Shown: positions 1-13,947, numbered from the stretch's first letter. The stretch is 64,000 bases of DNA from Verrucomicrobiota bacterium (GCA_039815375.1 JBCBZJ010000008.1:48393-112392); one strand, 5' to 3'. Numbers and translations: made by a program. Notes: generated by a model not told the origin, from the sequence alone.

Positions 1-2
1 CC

Positions 3-527
3 AGTGCGCTGATCAAAGATTCTGCCGGACGGCCAAAGTTGGTCGATCTGCTCGAAGACATTTTGCTCAAGAGTCAGCCCGAAGTGCTCTATACGCATAA
101 TCCTGCAGACCGTCATGCAAGCCATGTGGCGGTTTGTTTAGCGGTAGTCGAGGCAGTTCGTCGCTTGCCGCCCTACTCCCGTCCAAAGAAGATTTACGGC
201 TGCGAGGTTTGGCGTGATCTCGACTGGCTCGCTCCCGAAGACAAGGTTGCGCTCGATGTCAGTGGACATCGCGAGCTGGCGGAGAAGCTGAACGCCTGCT
301 TTCAGTCGCAAATTGCCGGTGGTAAAAACTACGGTCAGGCGGTGATGGGTCGGCGACACGCAAACGCAACCTTCCATGAAAGCCATTCCATTGATTTGGT
401 CGATCAGCTCTGGTATGCAATGGATCTGACTCCGTTGGTTGAAGACGGGAGTCTCAGTGTAACAGAATTTGTTGAAGCCAAGCTGGATCGTTTCCGGCGA
501 TCCGTGCTCGATGAGCTTTTAGACTGA
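3..527 (+). CDS. PIG-L/LmbE-family deacetylase, 5'-truncated by the window edge
   Basis: Frame open from position 3; 'YTHNPADRHASH' is the PIG-L D-x-H-x-x-H type motif; 'FQSQ' motif downstream. Confidence 0.7.
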   Translation, partial: SALIKDSAGRPKLVDLLEDILLKSQPEVLYTHNPADRHASHVAVCLAVVEAVRRLPPYSRPKKIYGCEVWRDLDWLAPEDKVALDVSGHRELAEKLNACFQSQIAGGKNYGQAVMGRRHANATFHESHSIDLVDQLWYAMDLTPLVEDGSLSVTEFVEAKLDRFRRSVLDELLD

Positions 528-590
528 TCCAAGTCCCTGAACTACATTGACTTGACGCCGACGCCCTTTCTGTGAACGTAGCCGGTCCTC

Positions 591-1949
591 ATGCCAGCCA
601 CTGATACGATTGTTGCACTTTCGACGCCACCGGGCGAGTCCGCGATTGCCGTGATTCGTCTCAGCGGTCCCGGCTGTGCAGAGCTCAGTCTGGCTATTTC
701 AGGTAGAAAATCGCCCCTGGTCATGCGGCATGCCCACTTTTCCAAGTATCTTTCAATCAACGACAAGCAACTTGATGAAGTGGTTTTAACTTTCTACGGG
801 GAGGGTCGATCCTTTACCGGTGAGGATACTTTGGAAATCGCCTGTCATGGTAATCCACTCATTATTCAAAATATCCTTGAAGACCTCATGGCGCGTGGCT
901 GTCGTCCCGCTGAAGCGGGTGAATTCACCCGAACCGCCTTTATGAATGGGAAAATGGACCTCAGTCAGGCCGAGGCGGTATCAGATCTCATCCGGGCTCG
1001 CTCTGAGCGAAGTATTGAGGCAGCGCAGAAGCAGCTTCATGGTTCGGTTGGTCGGAGAATGAGTGAGTTGACTGACCAGCTGCTCAGCGTGATGGCGCAG
1101 ATTGAGGCCTATATCGATTTTCCTGAAGAAGATTTACCCGGCGAAGATCAGGCCGGTCCTGCTGCAGACCTTCGTCAATTGGTTCGAGACATCGCTGCAT
1201 TGATTGAAACGCAGCATTACAATGCTTTACTTCATGAAGGAGTAAAGACCTTGATTGTCGGCGAACCAAACGCAGGTAAGAGCAGTCTTATCAATGCACT
1301 CGTTGGCTCTGAAAGGTCTATTGTTAGTGAGATTCCGGGCACTACTCGCGATTATGTTTCAGCTTTTGTCATGCTCGGCGCATGGCGTATCGAAATTTTG
1401 GATACGGCAGGTCTACATACGGCCGGTGACAGAATCGAACGCATTGGAATCGAACATACGATCGAGCAATCCGAGACGGCAGATTTCTTTCTTCTGATGC
1501 TTGATTCGTCAGCGCCCTGCCCTGCCCTGCCGGAACCGTTGCTGGTAAGGATGAATCCTGAGAATACACTGGTTATCGAGAACAAAACGGATCTTTCAGA
1601 TTCCAGAGACCAATCCGATTTTCTAGAGGCTTTTAAGCACGTGCGGCTGTCGCTCCTTAATCGTGATGGTCTTGAGAAATTACGTCAGATTTGGCTCGAA
1701 ATGATTGAGTCTGGAGTTCACGTGCCACAGTCAGATGGCGTAATTGTCAATGCGCGTCATGCTACTGAACTTCAGCAAGCCGTTGATAATCTGAAGCTTG
1801 CATTGTTAAAGATGAAAGACGGCGAGCTGTCCGAGTTGATTGCCGCAGACCTCCGTGACGCAGTCGAATCAATTGGCAAGGTTGTGGGTAAAGTCGACAA
1901 CGAGCGTATGTTGGACAGTCTTTTCAAACAATTCTGCATTGGGAAATGA
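591..1949 (+). CDS. mnmE: tRNA modification GTPase MnmE
   Basis: [12 protein letters not shown]-terminus, [10 protein letters not shown]-loop, GTTRD, DTAG, NKTD, C-terminal FCIGK. Confidence 0.98.
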   Translation: MPATDTIVALSTPPGESAIAVIRLSGPGCAELSLAISGRKSPLVMRHAHFSKYLSINDKQLDEVVLTFYGEGRSFTGEDTLEIACHGNPLIIQNILEDLMARGCRPAEAGEFTRTAFMNGKMDLSQAEAVSDLIRARSERSIEAAQKQLHGSVGRRMSELTDQLLSVMAQIEAYIDFPEEDLPGEDQAGPAADLRQLVRDIAALIETQHYNALLHEGVKTLIVGEPNAGKSSLINALVGSERSIVSEIPGTTRDYVSAFVMLGAWRIEILDTAGLHTAGDRIERIGIEHTIEQSETADFFLLMLDSSAPCPALPEPLLVRMNPENTLVIENKTDLSDSRDQSDFLEAFKHVRLSLLNRDGLEKLRQIWLEMIESGVHVPQSDGVIVNARHATELQQAVDNLKLALLKMKDGELSELIAADLRDAVESIGKVVGKVDNERMLDSLFKQFCIGK

Positions 1950-3871
1950 GCGCAGGACTAAAACACGGGAAACACCAGCCATACGACGTAATTGTCTGTG
2001 GTGCAGGCCATGCAGGTTGTGAAGCCGCTTTGGCTGCCTCGCGTCTTGGTGCCAGCACCCTACTCCTGACGGGTAATTTGGATACGATTGCCCAGATGAG
2101 TTGCAATCCGGCGATTGGCGGCCAGGCCAAGGGCCATATGGTCCGTGAAATTGATGCCTTGGGCGGCGAAATGGCCATTAATACAGACACAACGGCGATC
2201 CAGTTCAGGTTGCTGAATGCATCCAAGGGGCCGGCAGTTCAGGCCCCTAGAGCGCAATGCGATAAAAAAGCCTACCAATTTCGTATGAAACATATCATCG
2301 AGCTGCAAAACGATCTGGATCTATTCCAGGCCATGGTGCAGGGCTTGATTTTTGATGGAGACCGCGTTGCAGGAGTCCGGACGAATCTGGATATCGAATT
2401 CTATGCCAAAACGGTGGTTGTAACCACCGGGACCTTCCTACGCGGACTTATGCATGTCGGCCAGAACAAGAATGAAGGCGGCCGGATGGGCGATTTTTCG
2501 GCAAAGGGGCTGTCCGGGTCGTTTTTAGAGGCAGGAATTGAGCTCGAACGTCTGAAAACCGGCACGCCGGCTCGAATTTTGGGTAGTAGCATCGATTTTT
2601 CGAATTTGGAGGAGCAAAAGGGCGATCCGGAGCCGACTCTCTTTGCTTTTTACGATACCCGAGGCTTGAGCGATTTGTTCCACGTGGAACAATCGGAAGA
2701 AAAGGAGCGATTAATTCGTGAATTGTTCCACGTGGAACATTTTGGCCAGGAGAAGCTTGGTTGGTTACCGGGTGAAGACCAAGTTTCGTGTTGGATGACC
2801 TATACTGGCGAAAAGACCAAGCAGGTAGTTGAGGGCAACTTGCACCTTTCGGCAATGTATTCAGGTGAGATCGAGGGAACCGGGCCACGTTATTGTCCCA
2901 GCATCGAGGATAAGTTTGTGCGTTTTACCGACAAGGACCGGCATATGCTTTTTTTGGAGCCGGAAGGGCGTAACACAAACGAATGGTATATCAACGGTCT
3001 CTCGACCAGTTTGCCCTTTGAAGTACAGCTGGATATGCTGCGTAGTATCGATGGTCTCGAGAGCGTCCATATGCTGCGCCCGGCCTATGCGGTGGAGTAT
3101 GATTTTGCGCCGCCGACACAGCTTTTTCCTACGCTTGAATCGAAGAAGGTGGAAAACTTGTTCTTTGCCGGCCAAATCAATGGAACGAGCGGCTATGAAG
3201 AAGCCGCAGGTCAGGGGCTGATTGCCGGCGTCAATGCGGTGCAGAAGATTAGGGCAGGGGAGCCATTAGTCTTGAAACGCCATGAGGCCTACCTCGGCGT
3301 GCTGATTGACGACCTTGTTACGAAAGGGACCCAGGAGCCCTATCGGATGTTCTCAAGTCGTGCGGAGCACCGTCTGCTTTTCAATCATCCAAGTGCGGAA
3401 CTTCGTCTTCTAGAACATTCCAAAAGATTGCAATTAATTGATAGTCAACGCATTGAGAAGATAGAAGAAAAGTCGAAGTCAATAGATCAATGGTCTGATC
3501 GTTTGGAAAATGAGCGCCTTGACGGAGAGACTTATGCGCTGCATTTGCGCCGTTCGCGTTCACAGGGAGACTTCCCGGATGCACTTAAGGCCGAACCACG
3601 TGAAGTCCGTGACGAAGTGCACTACCGAGTTGTCTTTAAGGGTTATTTGGAGCGTGAGCAAAAGCAGATCGAGAAGATGCGGCACATCGATAAGATTAAG
3701 ATTCCGGAGCATTTTGATTTCTCCGAAGTAAAGGGCCTTCGCAATGAGAGCGCGCAAAAACTCAAGGAAATCGCTCCGCAGACTTTGGGGCAGGCCAGCC
3801 GCATCAGTGGGGTCAATCCAGCGGATATCAGTATTTTAATGGTTCATCTGGAAGCTCGCTCAGGTCGATGA
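1946..3871 (+). CDS. mnmG: tRNA uridine modification enzyme MnmG (GidA), with an internal insertion carrying parS sites
   Basis: [54 protein letters not shown] overlap with mnmE. Confidence 0.98.
   Translation: MSAGLKHGKHQPYDVIVCGAGHAGCEAALAASRLGASTLLLTGNLDTIAQMSCNPAIGGQAKGHMVREIDALGGEMAINTDTTAIQFRLLNASKGPAVQAPRAQCDKKAYQFRMKHIIELQNDLDLFQAMVQGLIFDGDRVAGVRTNLDIEFYAKTVVVTTGTFLRGLMHVGQNKNEGGRMGDFSAKGLSGSFLEAGIELERLKTGTPARILGSSIDFSNLEEQKGDPEPTLFAFYDTRGLSDLFHVEQSEEKERLIRELFHVEHFGQEKLGWLPGEDQVSCWMTYTGEKTKQVVEGNLHLSAMYSGEIEGTGPRYCPSIEDKFVRFTDKDRHMLFLEPEGRNTNEWYINGLSTSLPFEVQLDMLRSIDGLESVHMLRPAYAVEYDFAPPTQLFPTLESKKVENLFFAGQINGTSGYEEAAGQGLIAGVNAVQKIRAGEPLVLKRHEAYLGVLIDDLVTKGTQEPYRMFSSRAEHRLLFNHPSAELRLLEHSKRLQLIDSQRIEKIEEKSKSIDQWSDRLENERLDGETYALHLRRSRSQGDFPDALKAEPREVRDEVHYRVVFKGYLEREQKQIEKMRHIDKIKIPEHFDFSEVKGLRNESAQKLKEIAPQTLGQASRISGVNPADISILMVHLEARSGR
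2676..2691. promoter_or_regulatory. parS centromere-like site 1 (TGTTCCACGTGGAACA)
   Basis: Perfect 16-bp palindrome matching the bacterial parS consensus TGTTNCACGTGNAACA. Confidence 0.9.
2724..2739. promoter_or_regulatory. parS centromere-like site 2 (TGTTCCACGTGGAACA)
   Basis: Identical palindrome starting 48 bp after site 1. Confidence 0.9.
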
Positions 3872-3896
3872 ATTGTAGGCCTGGGAGCCTCGTCAG

Positions 3897-3913
3897 GTCA
3901 CAGTTACGTCACA
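3897..3913 (+). promoter_or_regulatory. Pho-box-like direct repeat (GTCACA-N5-GTCACA)
   Basis: Two GTCACA at 11-bp spacing (3897, 3908) upstream of the PhoB-like gene. Confidence 0.45.
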
Positions 3914-4081
3914 TCAAGGTGTCGAACCGGTAAAATCCATTTCTCTTGGCAGGACATGCGGTCTTCTGCGTTGACGGCTCCGCGACCTGAGACCCAATGA
4001 GCTTTGTTACATTTGCCAGTCTTTCTGCTGGCACATTCACTTTAAAGTCACATATCCACAAAGCCTGCCTGGAGACCATCG

Positions 4082-4783
4082 ATGATGACCTTGTCTAAAA
4101 CGAATCGTATTCTTGTGCTCGATGACGAGCCAGACGTGACCGAATTATTGGAATATAAGCTGGAGCAGGAAGGTTACAAAGTCGAGGTTCTGAATGATCC
4201 TTTGGCTTTCGTGGCAAAGGTCCGTGATTTCGAGCCTGATTTGATGGTGCTCGATATTATGATGCCGGAGTTGAACGGTCTTCAGCTCTGCCGCATCGCA
4301 CGTTCCGATCCAGCGATGAAAGAGATCCCGATCATTTTTCTCACTGCTAAGGGAGAAGCTGAGGATCGGGTCAGGGGCCTTGAAACCGGAGCCGATGACT
4401 ATATATCTAAACCGTTCAATACCAAAGAGTTAATGCTTAGGGTAGGGAATGTTCTTAACCGTGGTTTGAAAAGTGAGTCTGCCGGGGTGAAGCGAATAGA
4501 GATTGCAGGTGTTGTCATCGATGAGGAGTTGCATCAGCTCACTGTCGATGCCGAAAACATCCCCTTGACTGCGACTGAGTTTCGTCTGCTTAAGCTCTTG
4601 ATGGAGCGGAAGGGAAGGGTGCAGTCGCGTGAGCATTTGCTCGTCAATGTCTGGCATTATGACACGGATATTGAGACGCGCACAGTGGACACCCATGTGC
4701 GCCGCGTCCGTGAAAAGCTCGGCCCTTATGCACATTTGATTGAGACAGTGCGTGGCGTCGGCTACCGTGCCGTCGATATTTGA
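4082..4783 (+). CDS. phoB: OmpR/PhoB-family response regulator (PhoB-like)
   Basis: Receiver domain (DDE, LDIMMP, GADDYISKPF) plus winged helix (RTVDTHVRR, TVRGVGY). Confidence 0.8.
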   Translation: MMTLSKTNRILVLDDEPDVTELLEYKLEQEGYKVEVLNDPLAFVAKVRDFEPDLMVLDIMMPELNGLQLCRIARSDPAMKEIPIIFLTAKGEAEDRVRGLETGADDYISKPFNTKELMLRVGNVLNRGLKSESAGVKRIEIAGVVIDEELHQLTVDAENIPLTATEFRLLKLLMERKGRVQSREHLLVNVWHYDTDIETRTVDTHVRRVREKLGPYAHLIETVRGVGYRAVDI

Positions 4784-6075
4784 TGGCTTGGCTTTTTTTC
4801 ATTATAACGCTCATCGTCGCGATTGGGCTGGCCCGGCGCGGTTTGCGGATGCGCCGTCTCATACGAGACTTGGAGGATGCTGCCCGATCGAAGCGCCGTC
4901 TTTTGCCCGAGGAATCCGAACTTACCTTGAAGGCGCTGGGTGTCGACGGTCTGGTTCGGGAGCTTAATGATGCGATCGATCGTTATAACCACCATGAAGC
5001 TGAAAATGCGGGGTATTTGGGACAAGTGGAAGCCATGCTGCGTGCAGTGCAGGAGGTGGTTATCGTATTTAATACAGAGCGTAAGGTGGAGTTTGCCAAC
5101 CGTGCGGCGGAGCGTCTCTTTCGCAATGGGCAGTCACTGAAAGGCCTTCGTTTGGAAGGTGTGATGCGTTCGCTGGCGCTGCTGGAGTTTCTCGAATCTC
5201 CGGAAGAGACGGAGACGGTGGAACCGAAGCAGATTAATATTGGGCAGGACAATGAGACGCTCTGGTTCGAAGCCTCTTGTGCAAGAGTCCGCAGTATTGA
5301 AGGCGGCAACAATGCAAGTTCCACTTTGCTCGTTTTGCACGATATCACACAGCTTAAGCGGCTGGAAGTGATGCGGCGCGACTTCGTAGCCAATGTTTCC
5401 CACGAGCTGCGAACACCTTTAACCATTATCAAGGGTTTTGCCGAAACCCTGGTCGATGACGATGCCACCTTGAAATCAGACGCGAGACGTCGCTTTCTCG
5501 GTAAGATTGTGGGCAACGCAGAGCGGCTGAATGTGCTGGTTGAGGACTTGCTGACACTCTCGCGTCTGGAGTCGAAGCCGGATCAATTCGATCCTGTTGT
5601 TCAGTCGCTGAAGGGGCTAATGGAGGATACGATCGAGAACTACCGCCCGCGCATTCATATCGGCCAGCAGGTGATGTGTTTATCTTATGACGAGCGAGTG
5701 GGGGATTTCGCATTCGATCAATATCGTATCAACCAGGTCCTTGATAACCTGGTTGAAAACGTCTTTCGCTATGCTCCGGAGTTTACCAGTCTGGTCATGA
5801 AGGTCGAGTATGATGAGGCGGGCAACATGGTCGTCTGTTCGGTCAACGACGATGGCCCCGGCATCCCCGAGAAAGACATCTCGCACATCTTTGAACGCTT
5901 TTATCGTGTCGATAAAGGCCGCTCTCGTGAGGGTGGTGGCACGGGCCTCGGCCTGAGCATTGTGAAGCATATCATTCAACTGCATGGTGGCACCGTCCAT
6001 GCAGAGAGTGGTCTGGAGGGGGGCACCTCGATTGTTTTCAAGTTGCCTTATAAGACTGAAGCAGCCCCTGCCTAG
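4780..6075 (+). CDS. phoR: PAS-containing sensor histidine kinase (PhoR-like)
   Basis: N-terminal TM, PAS-like region, FVANVSHELRTPLT H-box, DDGPGI, FYRVDK, GTGLGL. Confidence 0.8.
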   Translation: MMAWLFFIITLIVAIGLARRGLRMRRLIRDLEDAARSKRRLLPEESELTLKALGVDGLVRELNDAIDRYNHHEAENAGYLGQVEAMLRAVQEVVIVFNTERKVEFANRAAERLFRNGQSLKGLRLEGVMRSLALLEFLESPEETETVEPKQINIGQDNETLWFEASCARVRSIEGGNNASSTLLVLHDITQLKRLEVMRRDFVANVSHELRTPLTIIKGFAETLVDDDATLKSDARRRFLGKIVGNAERLNVLVEDLLTLSRLESKPDQFDPVVQSLKGLMEDTIENYRPRIHIGQQVMCLSYDERVGDFAFDQYRINQVLDNLVENVFRYAPEFTSLVMKVEYDEAGNMVVCSVNDDGPGIPEKDISHIFERFYRVDKGRSREGGGTGLGLSIVKHIIQLHGGTVHAESGLEGGTSIVFKLPYKTEAAPA

Positions 6076-6117
6076 ACGCTTGACGGCTCCACGGCTCGCC
6101 CCGCATAAATCGCGGCG

Positions 6118-6714
6118 ATGGAAATTTCAGAAAGTTACGCTCGCGAGTTAGCCAAGCAGGCAGAGCGCAAAGCCGAGCTGCGCGCGGTCCTTGAATCGGA
6201 TCTTGCTGGCGTGGAATCAATCCTCTTTGAAGCTGGCTGTGGCCATGGGCACTGGCTGACGGGCTACGCAGAGGCTCATCCCGAGAAGATCTGTGTGGGG
6301 GTCGACCTGATTTCGTGGCGAATCCGTAAAGGTTTGGACAAACGCGAGAAGCGTGGTCTGAGAAACCTTCACTTCTATAAAGCCGAGCTTGTTGAATTCC
6401 TGGAAGTGCTTCCGCCTGAGATTCGCTTTGAACGAACGGTTCTCCTTTTTCCGGATCCCTGGCCCAAAGCCCGCCACCACCGTCGTCGTATGGTGCAGAC
6501 TGAGCTCTTGGACCAGGTGGCCAAGCGGACGGGCCGGGGAGGGCAGTTCTGCTTTCGTTCGGATGATCGACCTTATTTCGACTGGACCATTGAGCATTTA
6601 GCGGCCCATTCGGAATGGCAGATCGACGAATCGGCAGACTGGCCCCATGAGCAAGAGACCTACTTCCAAGACCTGATGGACGAGTATCATTCGGTCGTCG
6701 CAGTCAGAGCCTAG
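6118..6714 (+). CDS. trmB: tRNA (guanine-N7)-methyltransferase TrmB
   Basis: EAGCGHG SAM motif and [14 protein letters not shown] signature. Confidence 0.9.
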   Translation: MEISESYARELAKQAERKAELRAVLESDLAGVESILFEAGCGHGHWLTGYAEAHPEKICVGVDLISWRIRKGLDKREKRGLRNLHFYKAELVEFLEVLPPEIRFERTVLLFPDPWPKARHHRRRMVQTELLDQVAKRTGRGGQFCFRSDDRPYFDWTIEHLAAHSEWQIDESADWPHEQETYFQDLMDEYHSVVAVRA

Positions 6715-6941
6715 ATCACATCGAGCCAGATGATGAGGGCGAGCTGTGCGACAAGCGCGACCGTGAGCAGCGCATAGACAAAGAGCATGAAGTAGTCGGT
6801 GGCAAACTTGCGCTCGGGCAGTTGTTTTGGCTTCCGAGGCTTCGGGTTTTCCCGAGTATCTCCCCCCCCGACAACCACTGAACTGCCCTTGTGATCACGA
6901 AGGTGGGAAATCCGATCTGTTAGATTAGTCAGCTCAGGCAT
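6711..6941 (-). CDS. Small hypothetical protein with C-terminal TM helix (start uncertain, 6941 or 6950)
   Basis: Fills the gap between trmB and atpB; clear hydrophobic C-terminal helix. Confidence 0.55.
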   Translation of the reverse strand: MPELTNLTDRISHLRDHKGSSVVVGGGDTRENPKPRKPKQLPERKFATDYFMLFVYALLTVALVAQLALIIWLDVI

Positions 6942-7131
6942 GCGGGGCATAACATTTAAGGGGAGGGAGCATCTGGCAAGTTTAGAACCAGCCACCTGAA
7001 TAATGGGTGCCATTAGCAGACCTTATCCTGCTCTACGTCCCGCAAATCGGGTGTTGACGAGGGTAAGAAGCGTCTTCATCACGTTCGGCTTTTCTCGGTC
7101 TTGGCCGCGTCAATCAACCCTCAGGTTCTTT

Positions 7132-7977
7132 GTGAACAAGCTTCTGCCAACAGCCTTCTTATCGATTTTAAGCACCTCTGCACTGCAAGCAGCCGATGGT
7201 GGTGTCAGTCCGTCTCCCTATAAGTTGACCGAGCTCTTCGGGTTGCCTCTAACCAACTCGATTGTAACGACTTGGGTGATTTCTCTTTTTCTTATTGTCG
7301 GCGTGCGTCTTTGGATCGGTAAGCCGCAATTGATTCCAAACAAGGGGCAGGCGGTGATCGAAAGCCTGATTGATGGCCTGCGTGGCCTGCTTGAGCCGAT
7401 TGTTGGTAAGAAAGCATTCCCACTCACTTTCCCGCTCCTGATCGGATTGTTCCTATATATAATGGTGCATAACTGGAGCGGACTTTTCCCAGGTGTTGGC
7501 GTTTTCGGATTCTACGACGACTACGGTAATTTGAAATACTGGATGCGTCCGGCTAATGCCGACCTGAACTCCACTCTTGGCATGGCGCTTATCGCGATGG
7601 GAGCTTGGCTCTTCATTAGTCTCAAAGTTGCCGGGCCAAAGTTCTTCATCTGGGAGCTCTTTGGCAACAAGGCAGACAAGAAGGAAACGCCGAAGCCCAT
7701 CTACCTGATGCTGATTCCCATCTTCCTGGGCGTTGGATTGATCGAAGTCGTTTCTATCGCTTTCCGACCGGTGTCCCTCTCTTTCCGCCTCTACGGTAAC
7801 GTCTTCGGCGGAGAAAATCTACTCGCCAGTATGACTGGTATCGCGCCTTACGTCATCCCAGCGATCTTCTACTTCTATGAAGTGCTCGTTGGCGTGGTTC
7901 AGGCACTTATTTTTACACTACTCGTGGCCATCTATGTTGGCCTCATGACCAACCACGACGAAGACCACGCCCACTAG
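7132..7977 (+). CDS. atpB: ATP synthase F0 subunit a (GTG start at 7132 preferred over 7003)
   Basis: [12 protein letters not shown] with essential Arg; VQALIFTLL; first gene of the operon. Confidence 0.95.
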   Translation: MNKLLPTAFLSILSTSALQAADGGVSPSPYKLTELFGLPLTNSIVTTWVISLFLIVGVRLWIGKPQLIPNKGQAVIESLIDGLRGLLEPIVGKKAFPLTFPLLIGLFLYIMVHNWSGLFPGVGVFGFYDDYGNLKYWMRPANADLNSTLGMALIAMGAWLFISLKVAGPKFFIWELFGNKADKKETPKPIYLMLIPIFLGVGLIEVVSIAFRPVSLSFRLYGNVFGGENLLASMTGIAPYVIPAIFYFYEVLVGVVQALIFTLLVAIYVGLMTNHDEDHAH

Positions 7978-8060
7978 ACTTTCCGTGTCCGGGACCATGT
8001 AGCAAACCGTGGACGGCGCAGAAACTAACTAAATACAAAAAAACTCAATACATATATATC

Positions 8061-8273
8061 ATGTTCGGAATCCTTGCACAAATCACTGGCGAACTAAATC
8101 TTCACGTAGCCGCAGCTGCTCTCGCCGTTCCTGTTGGCATCGGTCTTATCGGTTTCAAGGCTTGTGAATCTGTTGGTCGCAATCCAGAAGCATCGACTAA
8201 GGTCCTTGTCCAATCCATCATCGCGATGGCTTTCGCCGAAGCGATTATCTTCTTTGCCATTTTCCTTGGCTAA
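8061..8273 (+). CDS. atpE: ATP synthase F0 subunit c
   Basis: Two TM helices, RNP loop, conserved Glu in FAEA (no E-S/T Na+ motif, so probably H+-coupled). Confidence 0.95.
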   Translation: MFGILAQITGELNLHVAAAALAVPVGIGLIGFKACESVGRNPEASTKVLVQSIIAMAFAEAIIFFAIFLG

Positions 8274-8343
8274 GAAGTCTTAGAATTTGCCGACGCCTGG
8301 AATAGGGCGTCGGCCTTTTCGAATTCCAAACATTCTTTTCTTC

Positions 8344-8955
8344 ATGAAGGCCTTCAACACCGCACTCATCTTTGCTATCCTTCTACCGCTCGGCCTTTTT
8401 GCCGCAGCTCCAGAGGTGTCTGAAGCTGCAGCCGACGTCGGCAAGCTTGAGGCAATCACCGGCAAGTTCGGTGTGACATGGCCCACTCTGATCGCACAAA
8501 TGATCAACTTCGGTCTTGTTGCGGTTGTTCTTTATTTCTTCGCCGTCAAGCCCGTCGCCAAGACACTTGACGAGCGCCAGCAAAAGATCGCCGATGGTCT
8601 GCAGTATGCTGAAGAAATGAAGACCCAGCTGGCTGAAGCCGAGCGCGAGCGTGCCGAAAAGATCAAGGAAGCTGCGCAGGAAGCGCAGCGTATCCTGAGT
8701 GAGGCCCGCGAGCAGTCTAAGGAAATGATCGAGCAGAAGACTCAGGAAGCCGCGGCCCAAGCCGAGGCGATCATCCGTAAGGCCAGCGAAGCGACCGAGC
8801 TTGAGCGCCAGAAGATGCTTTCCGATGTTCGCCAGGAAGTGGCCCGCCTGGTTGTGGCGACGACTTCGACGGTTCTTTCCAAGGAACTTTCCGATGCGGA
8901 CAAACAAAGCTTCTCCGACGCAGCGGCCAAAGAGCTGGCTGGTTCTGCAAACTAA
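8344..8955 (+). CDS. atpF: ATP synthase F0 subunit b (ATG 8344 preferred)
   Basis: [10 protein letters not shown] followed by KP..LDERQ and a long coiled coil. Confidence 0.95.
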   Translation: MKAFNTALIFAILLPLGLFAAAPEVSEAAADVGKLEAITGKFGVTWPTLIAQMINFGLVAVVLYFFAVKPVAKTLDERQQKIADGLQYAEEMKTQLAEAERERAEKIKEAAQEAQRILSEAREQSKEMIEQKTQEAAAQAEAIIRKASEATELERQKMLSDVRQEVARLVVATTSTVLSKELSDADKQSFSDAAAKELAGSAN

Positions 8956-8976
8956 TTTCCTGCCGATTCGAAACTC

Positions 8977-9372
8977 ATGACCCGCGACAAGAAAGTCCTT
9001 AGCTTTGCCAAGAAGCTGGTTGAGATGTCCCGCGATGACGGGGTCGTGACTGAAACCAAGGTTTCCGAAGTGCTTGCAGCGATAAAGCAAGTGAAGCCGC
9101 GTCGTGAGTTACTTGTGCTCAAGACCTACCTTCACTATATCCGCAAGGCCGTCGCAGAGCAGACTGCAGTTGTCGCTACCCCAAGTGCTCTTAGCACTGA
9201 CGCACTCGCTTCAATCGAGTCCAATTTCTCTTCTGTCTATGGCCGCCCGATCACTGCGGTCACCACGACCGACAACTCTCTTATCGCCGGCGTTCGCGTT
9301 CGTGTTGGCGATGATGTTTACGATGCATCCGTCGCAGGCCGCCTCAAACGCCTCGCCGAGAACGTTCACTGA
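8977..9372 (+). CDS. atpH: ATP synthase F1 subunit delta (short form)
   Basis: DNSLIAGVRVRVGDDVYDASV C-terminal signature; operon position. Confidence 0.9.
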   Translation: MTRDKKVLSFAKKLVEMSRDDGVVTETKVSEVLAAIKQVKPRRELLVLKTYLHYIRKAVAEQTAVVATPSALSTDALASIESNFSSVYGRPITAVTTTDNSLIAGVRVRVGDDVYDASVAGRLKRLAENVH

Positions 9373-9405
9373 TCAATTTCAATTTACTTAGTCTATTCTT
9401 AAGCA

Positions 9406-10950
9406 ATGAGCACCATAGTCGAACAGATCGAAAAGGAAATCGCCTCCTTTGAAGCAGGCGCCGTCAAGTCCAACACCGGCAAGATTGTCACCATCGCGGA
9501 TGGTGTCGCTAAACTCGAAGGCCTCTCCGGCGTCATGTATAATGAAATGATCGATTTCGGCAGCGGCGTCTACGGTCTTGCGCTCAACCTCGAAGAAGAC
9601 GAGGTCGGCTGCGTTATTCTTGGGGACTACTCCAAGCTCAAGGAAGGCGACGAAGCCAGCACCACCGGCAAACTTCTCTCCGTTCCTGTAGGTATGGGTC
9701 TGCTCGGCCGCGTGGTTGATGCCATCGGCCAGCCTGTTGATGGCAAGGGTCCAATCGATTCCAGCGAAACTTATCCGGTCGACCAAATCGCCCCCGGCAT
9801 CATCCCGCGTAAGTCTGTCGATCAGCCGCTTCAAACCGGTATCATGGCGATTGATTCAATGATTCCAATCGGCCGTGGCCAGCGTGAGCTTATCATCGGT
9901 GACCGTGCGACGGGTAAGACTACCATCGCGATCGACACCATCATCAACCAGGCCAACATCAATAACCAGCACCGCAACGAAGACGGTAGTTTCGAAGAAG
10001 GCTTCCGTCCGGTTTACTCCATCTACGTCGCGGTTGGACAAAAGAATTCCAATATCGCGCGCACCATCAACGTGCTCGAGAAGGCTGGTGCAATGGAATA
10101 CACCATCATTGTCACTGCTCCGGCTGCGGACAACCCGGCCAACCAATACATTGCCCCATTCTCCGGTGCATCCATGGGTGAGTTCTTCATGAACAACGGC
10201 ATGGACGCGCTTATCGTCTATGATGATCTTTCCAAGCAAGCGGTTGCTTATCGTCAAATCTCGCTTGTCCTGAAGCGCCCATCCGGTCGTGAGGCGTATC
10301 CGGGTGACGTTTTCTACCTGCACAGTCGCCTTCTTGAGCGTTCTGCTCGTGTCAATGAAGACAACGGTAACGGTTCGCTGACAGCGCTTCCGATCATCGA
10401 GACTCAAGCCGGCGACGTGTCCGCTTACATTCCGACCAACGTGATTTCCATTACCGACGGTCAGGTCTTCCTCGAAACCGACCTTTTCAACCAAGGTATT
10501 CGCCCCGCGGTTTCCGTTGGGCTTTCCGTTTCCCGTGTGGGGTCTGCTGCGCAGATCAAGGCGATTAAGAAAGTTGCCGGTAAGGTGAAGCTTCAGCTTG
10601 CTCAATATCGTGAGCTTGCCGCTTTCGCACAGTTCGGTTCCGACCTCGACGCCAAGACCAAGTCCCAACTCGATCGTGGTGCCCGCGTCGTTGAGCTCTT
10701 TAAGCAGACTGCTTTTAATCCGATCCCTGTTGAAGTTCAATCCTCTCTCATCTGGGCGGTTCAGAACGGTTACTTCGACTCCGTTGACGTGAAGCAAATT
10801 GTTGAAGCAACCACCAGCCTTCGTGAGTTCTTCGAAACCCGTGGCGCGAAAATCATGGATACGGTCCGTGCAGAAAAGGCATTCAGCGAAGAAACTGAAT
10901 CAAGCCTGAAGAGCTCCGTCGAAGAGTGGCAGGCCGGCTTCAGTGCCTAA
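9406..10950 (+). CDS. atpA: ATP synthase F1 subunit alpha
   Basis: [36 protein letters not shown]. Confidence 0.99.
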   Translation: MSTIVEQIEKEIASFEAGAVKSNTGKIVTIADGVAKLEGLSGVMYNEMIDFGSGVYGLALNLEEDEVGCVILGDYSKLKEGDEASTTGKLLSVPVGMGLLGRVVDAIGQPVDGKGPIDSSETYPVDQIAPGIIPRKSVDQPLQTGIMAIDSMIPIGRGQRELIIGDRATGKTTIAIDTIINQANINNQHRNEDGSFEEGFRPVYSIYVAVGQKNSNIARTINVLEKAGAMEYTIIVTAPAADNPANQYIAPFSGASMGEFFMNNGMDALIVYDDLSKQAVAYRQISLVLKRPSGREAYPGDVFYLHSRLLERSARVNEDNGNGSLTALPIIETQAGDVSAYIPTNVISITDGQVFLETDLFNQGIRPAVSVGLSVSRVGSAAQIKAIKKVAGKVKLQLAQYRELAAFAQFGSDLDAKTKSQLDRGARVVELFKQTAFNPIPVEVQSSLIWAVQNGYFDSVDVKQIVEATTSLREFFETRGAKIMDTVRAEKAFSEETESSLKSSVEEWQAGFSA

Positions 10951-11000
10951 GCACCAGAGTAGTTTCCAACTTCCAACTTCTTTTTTCTAACTTCTAGCAA

Positions 11001-11900
<900 letters not shown>

Positions 11901-11915
11901 GCCCCCTTTATCTAA

Positions 11916-13364
<1,449 letters not shown>

Positions 13365-13400
13365 ACCTTCCGACCTTCATACCCTTAACCTTCCCACCTG

Positions 13401-13814
13401 ATGTCGCTCACACTCGAAATCATTACACCTGACGAAAAGGTCTTCTCTGCGGAGGCCGATCAGGTCGTATTGCCCACTGAGTCCGGCGAAACCGGTATCC
13501 TTACCGGCCACGTTCCTTTGGTCACCAAGGTCAAAGCCGGTGAGCTCAAGGTCATCAAGGGTTCCGACACCGAATTCATCGCAGTCGACCACGGCTTCGC
13601 CAAGGTGCTCGGCAACACCGTTTCCGTGCTTACCGAAGCAGCTATTGATGTGAAGGATATCGACCTATCCGAACTCGACTCCGCACAGTCCCGTGCCGAA
13701 TCCGCGCTCAAGGAAGCCGAAGCCGAAGGTATCGACCCCTTCGAACTCGAGCGCCTCGAAAAGAACGTCCAGTTCCTTCTCGCGCAAAAGATGGCCAAGG
13801 GCCGTCGTCGGTAA
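13401..13814 (+). CDS. atpC: ATP synthase F1 subunit epsilon
   Basis: LEIITPD, GETGILTGHVP; last gene of the operon. Confidence 0.97.
   Translation: MSLTLEIITPDEKVFSAEADQVVLPTESGETGILTGHVPLVTKVKAGELKVIKGSDTEFIAVDHGFAKVLGNTVSVLTEAAIDVKDIDLSELDSAQSRAESALKEAEAEGIDPFELERLEKNVQFLLAQKMAKGRRR
13757..13807 (+). repeat. atpC 3' end, copy 1 of a direct repeat
   Basis: 48/51 identical to 14620-14670. Confidence 0.95.
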
Positions 13815-13834
13815 AACAGGCAGCAACTATTTTC

Positions 13835-13867
13835 AAAACGCGGTTTCGAAAGACACCGCGTTTTTTT
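13835..13867. terminator. Intrinsic terminator of the atp operon, likely bidirectional
   Basis: AAAACGCGGT...ACCGCGTTTTTTT hairpin with A and T tracts. Confidence 0.9.
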
Positions 13868-13872
13868 GTGGG

Positions 13873-13947
13873 GTAGGGACGCCTGCCCTCAGGCGTCCGG
13901 TTTCGTCAAACAAGAATCGGCGGACGTGTGAGGGCACACGTCCCTAC
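13873..13947. repeat. Inverted pair of GTAG-type REP elements (REPIN-like) 1
   Basis: 13873-13898 GTAG-GGACGCCTG-CCCT-CAGGCGTCC; 13922-13947 (minus) GTAG-GGACGTGTG-CCCT-CACACGTCC. Confidence 0.85.

Noticed and set aside
4052..4060. DnaA-box-like ATATCCACA as oriC
   Set aside because: Single mismatched box with no cluster or AT-rich unwinding element
8061..8273. Na+-translocating ATP synthase
   Set aside because: Subunit c has E-A rather than E-S/T and lacks the polar helix-1 ligand
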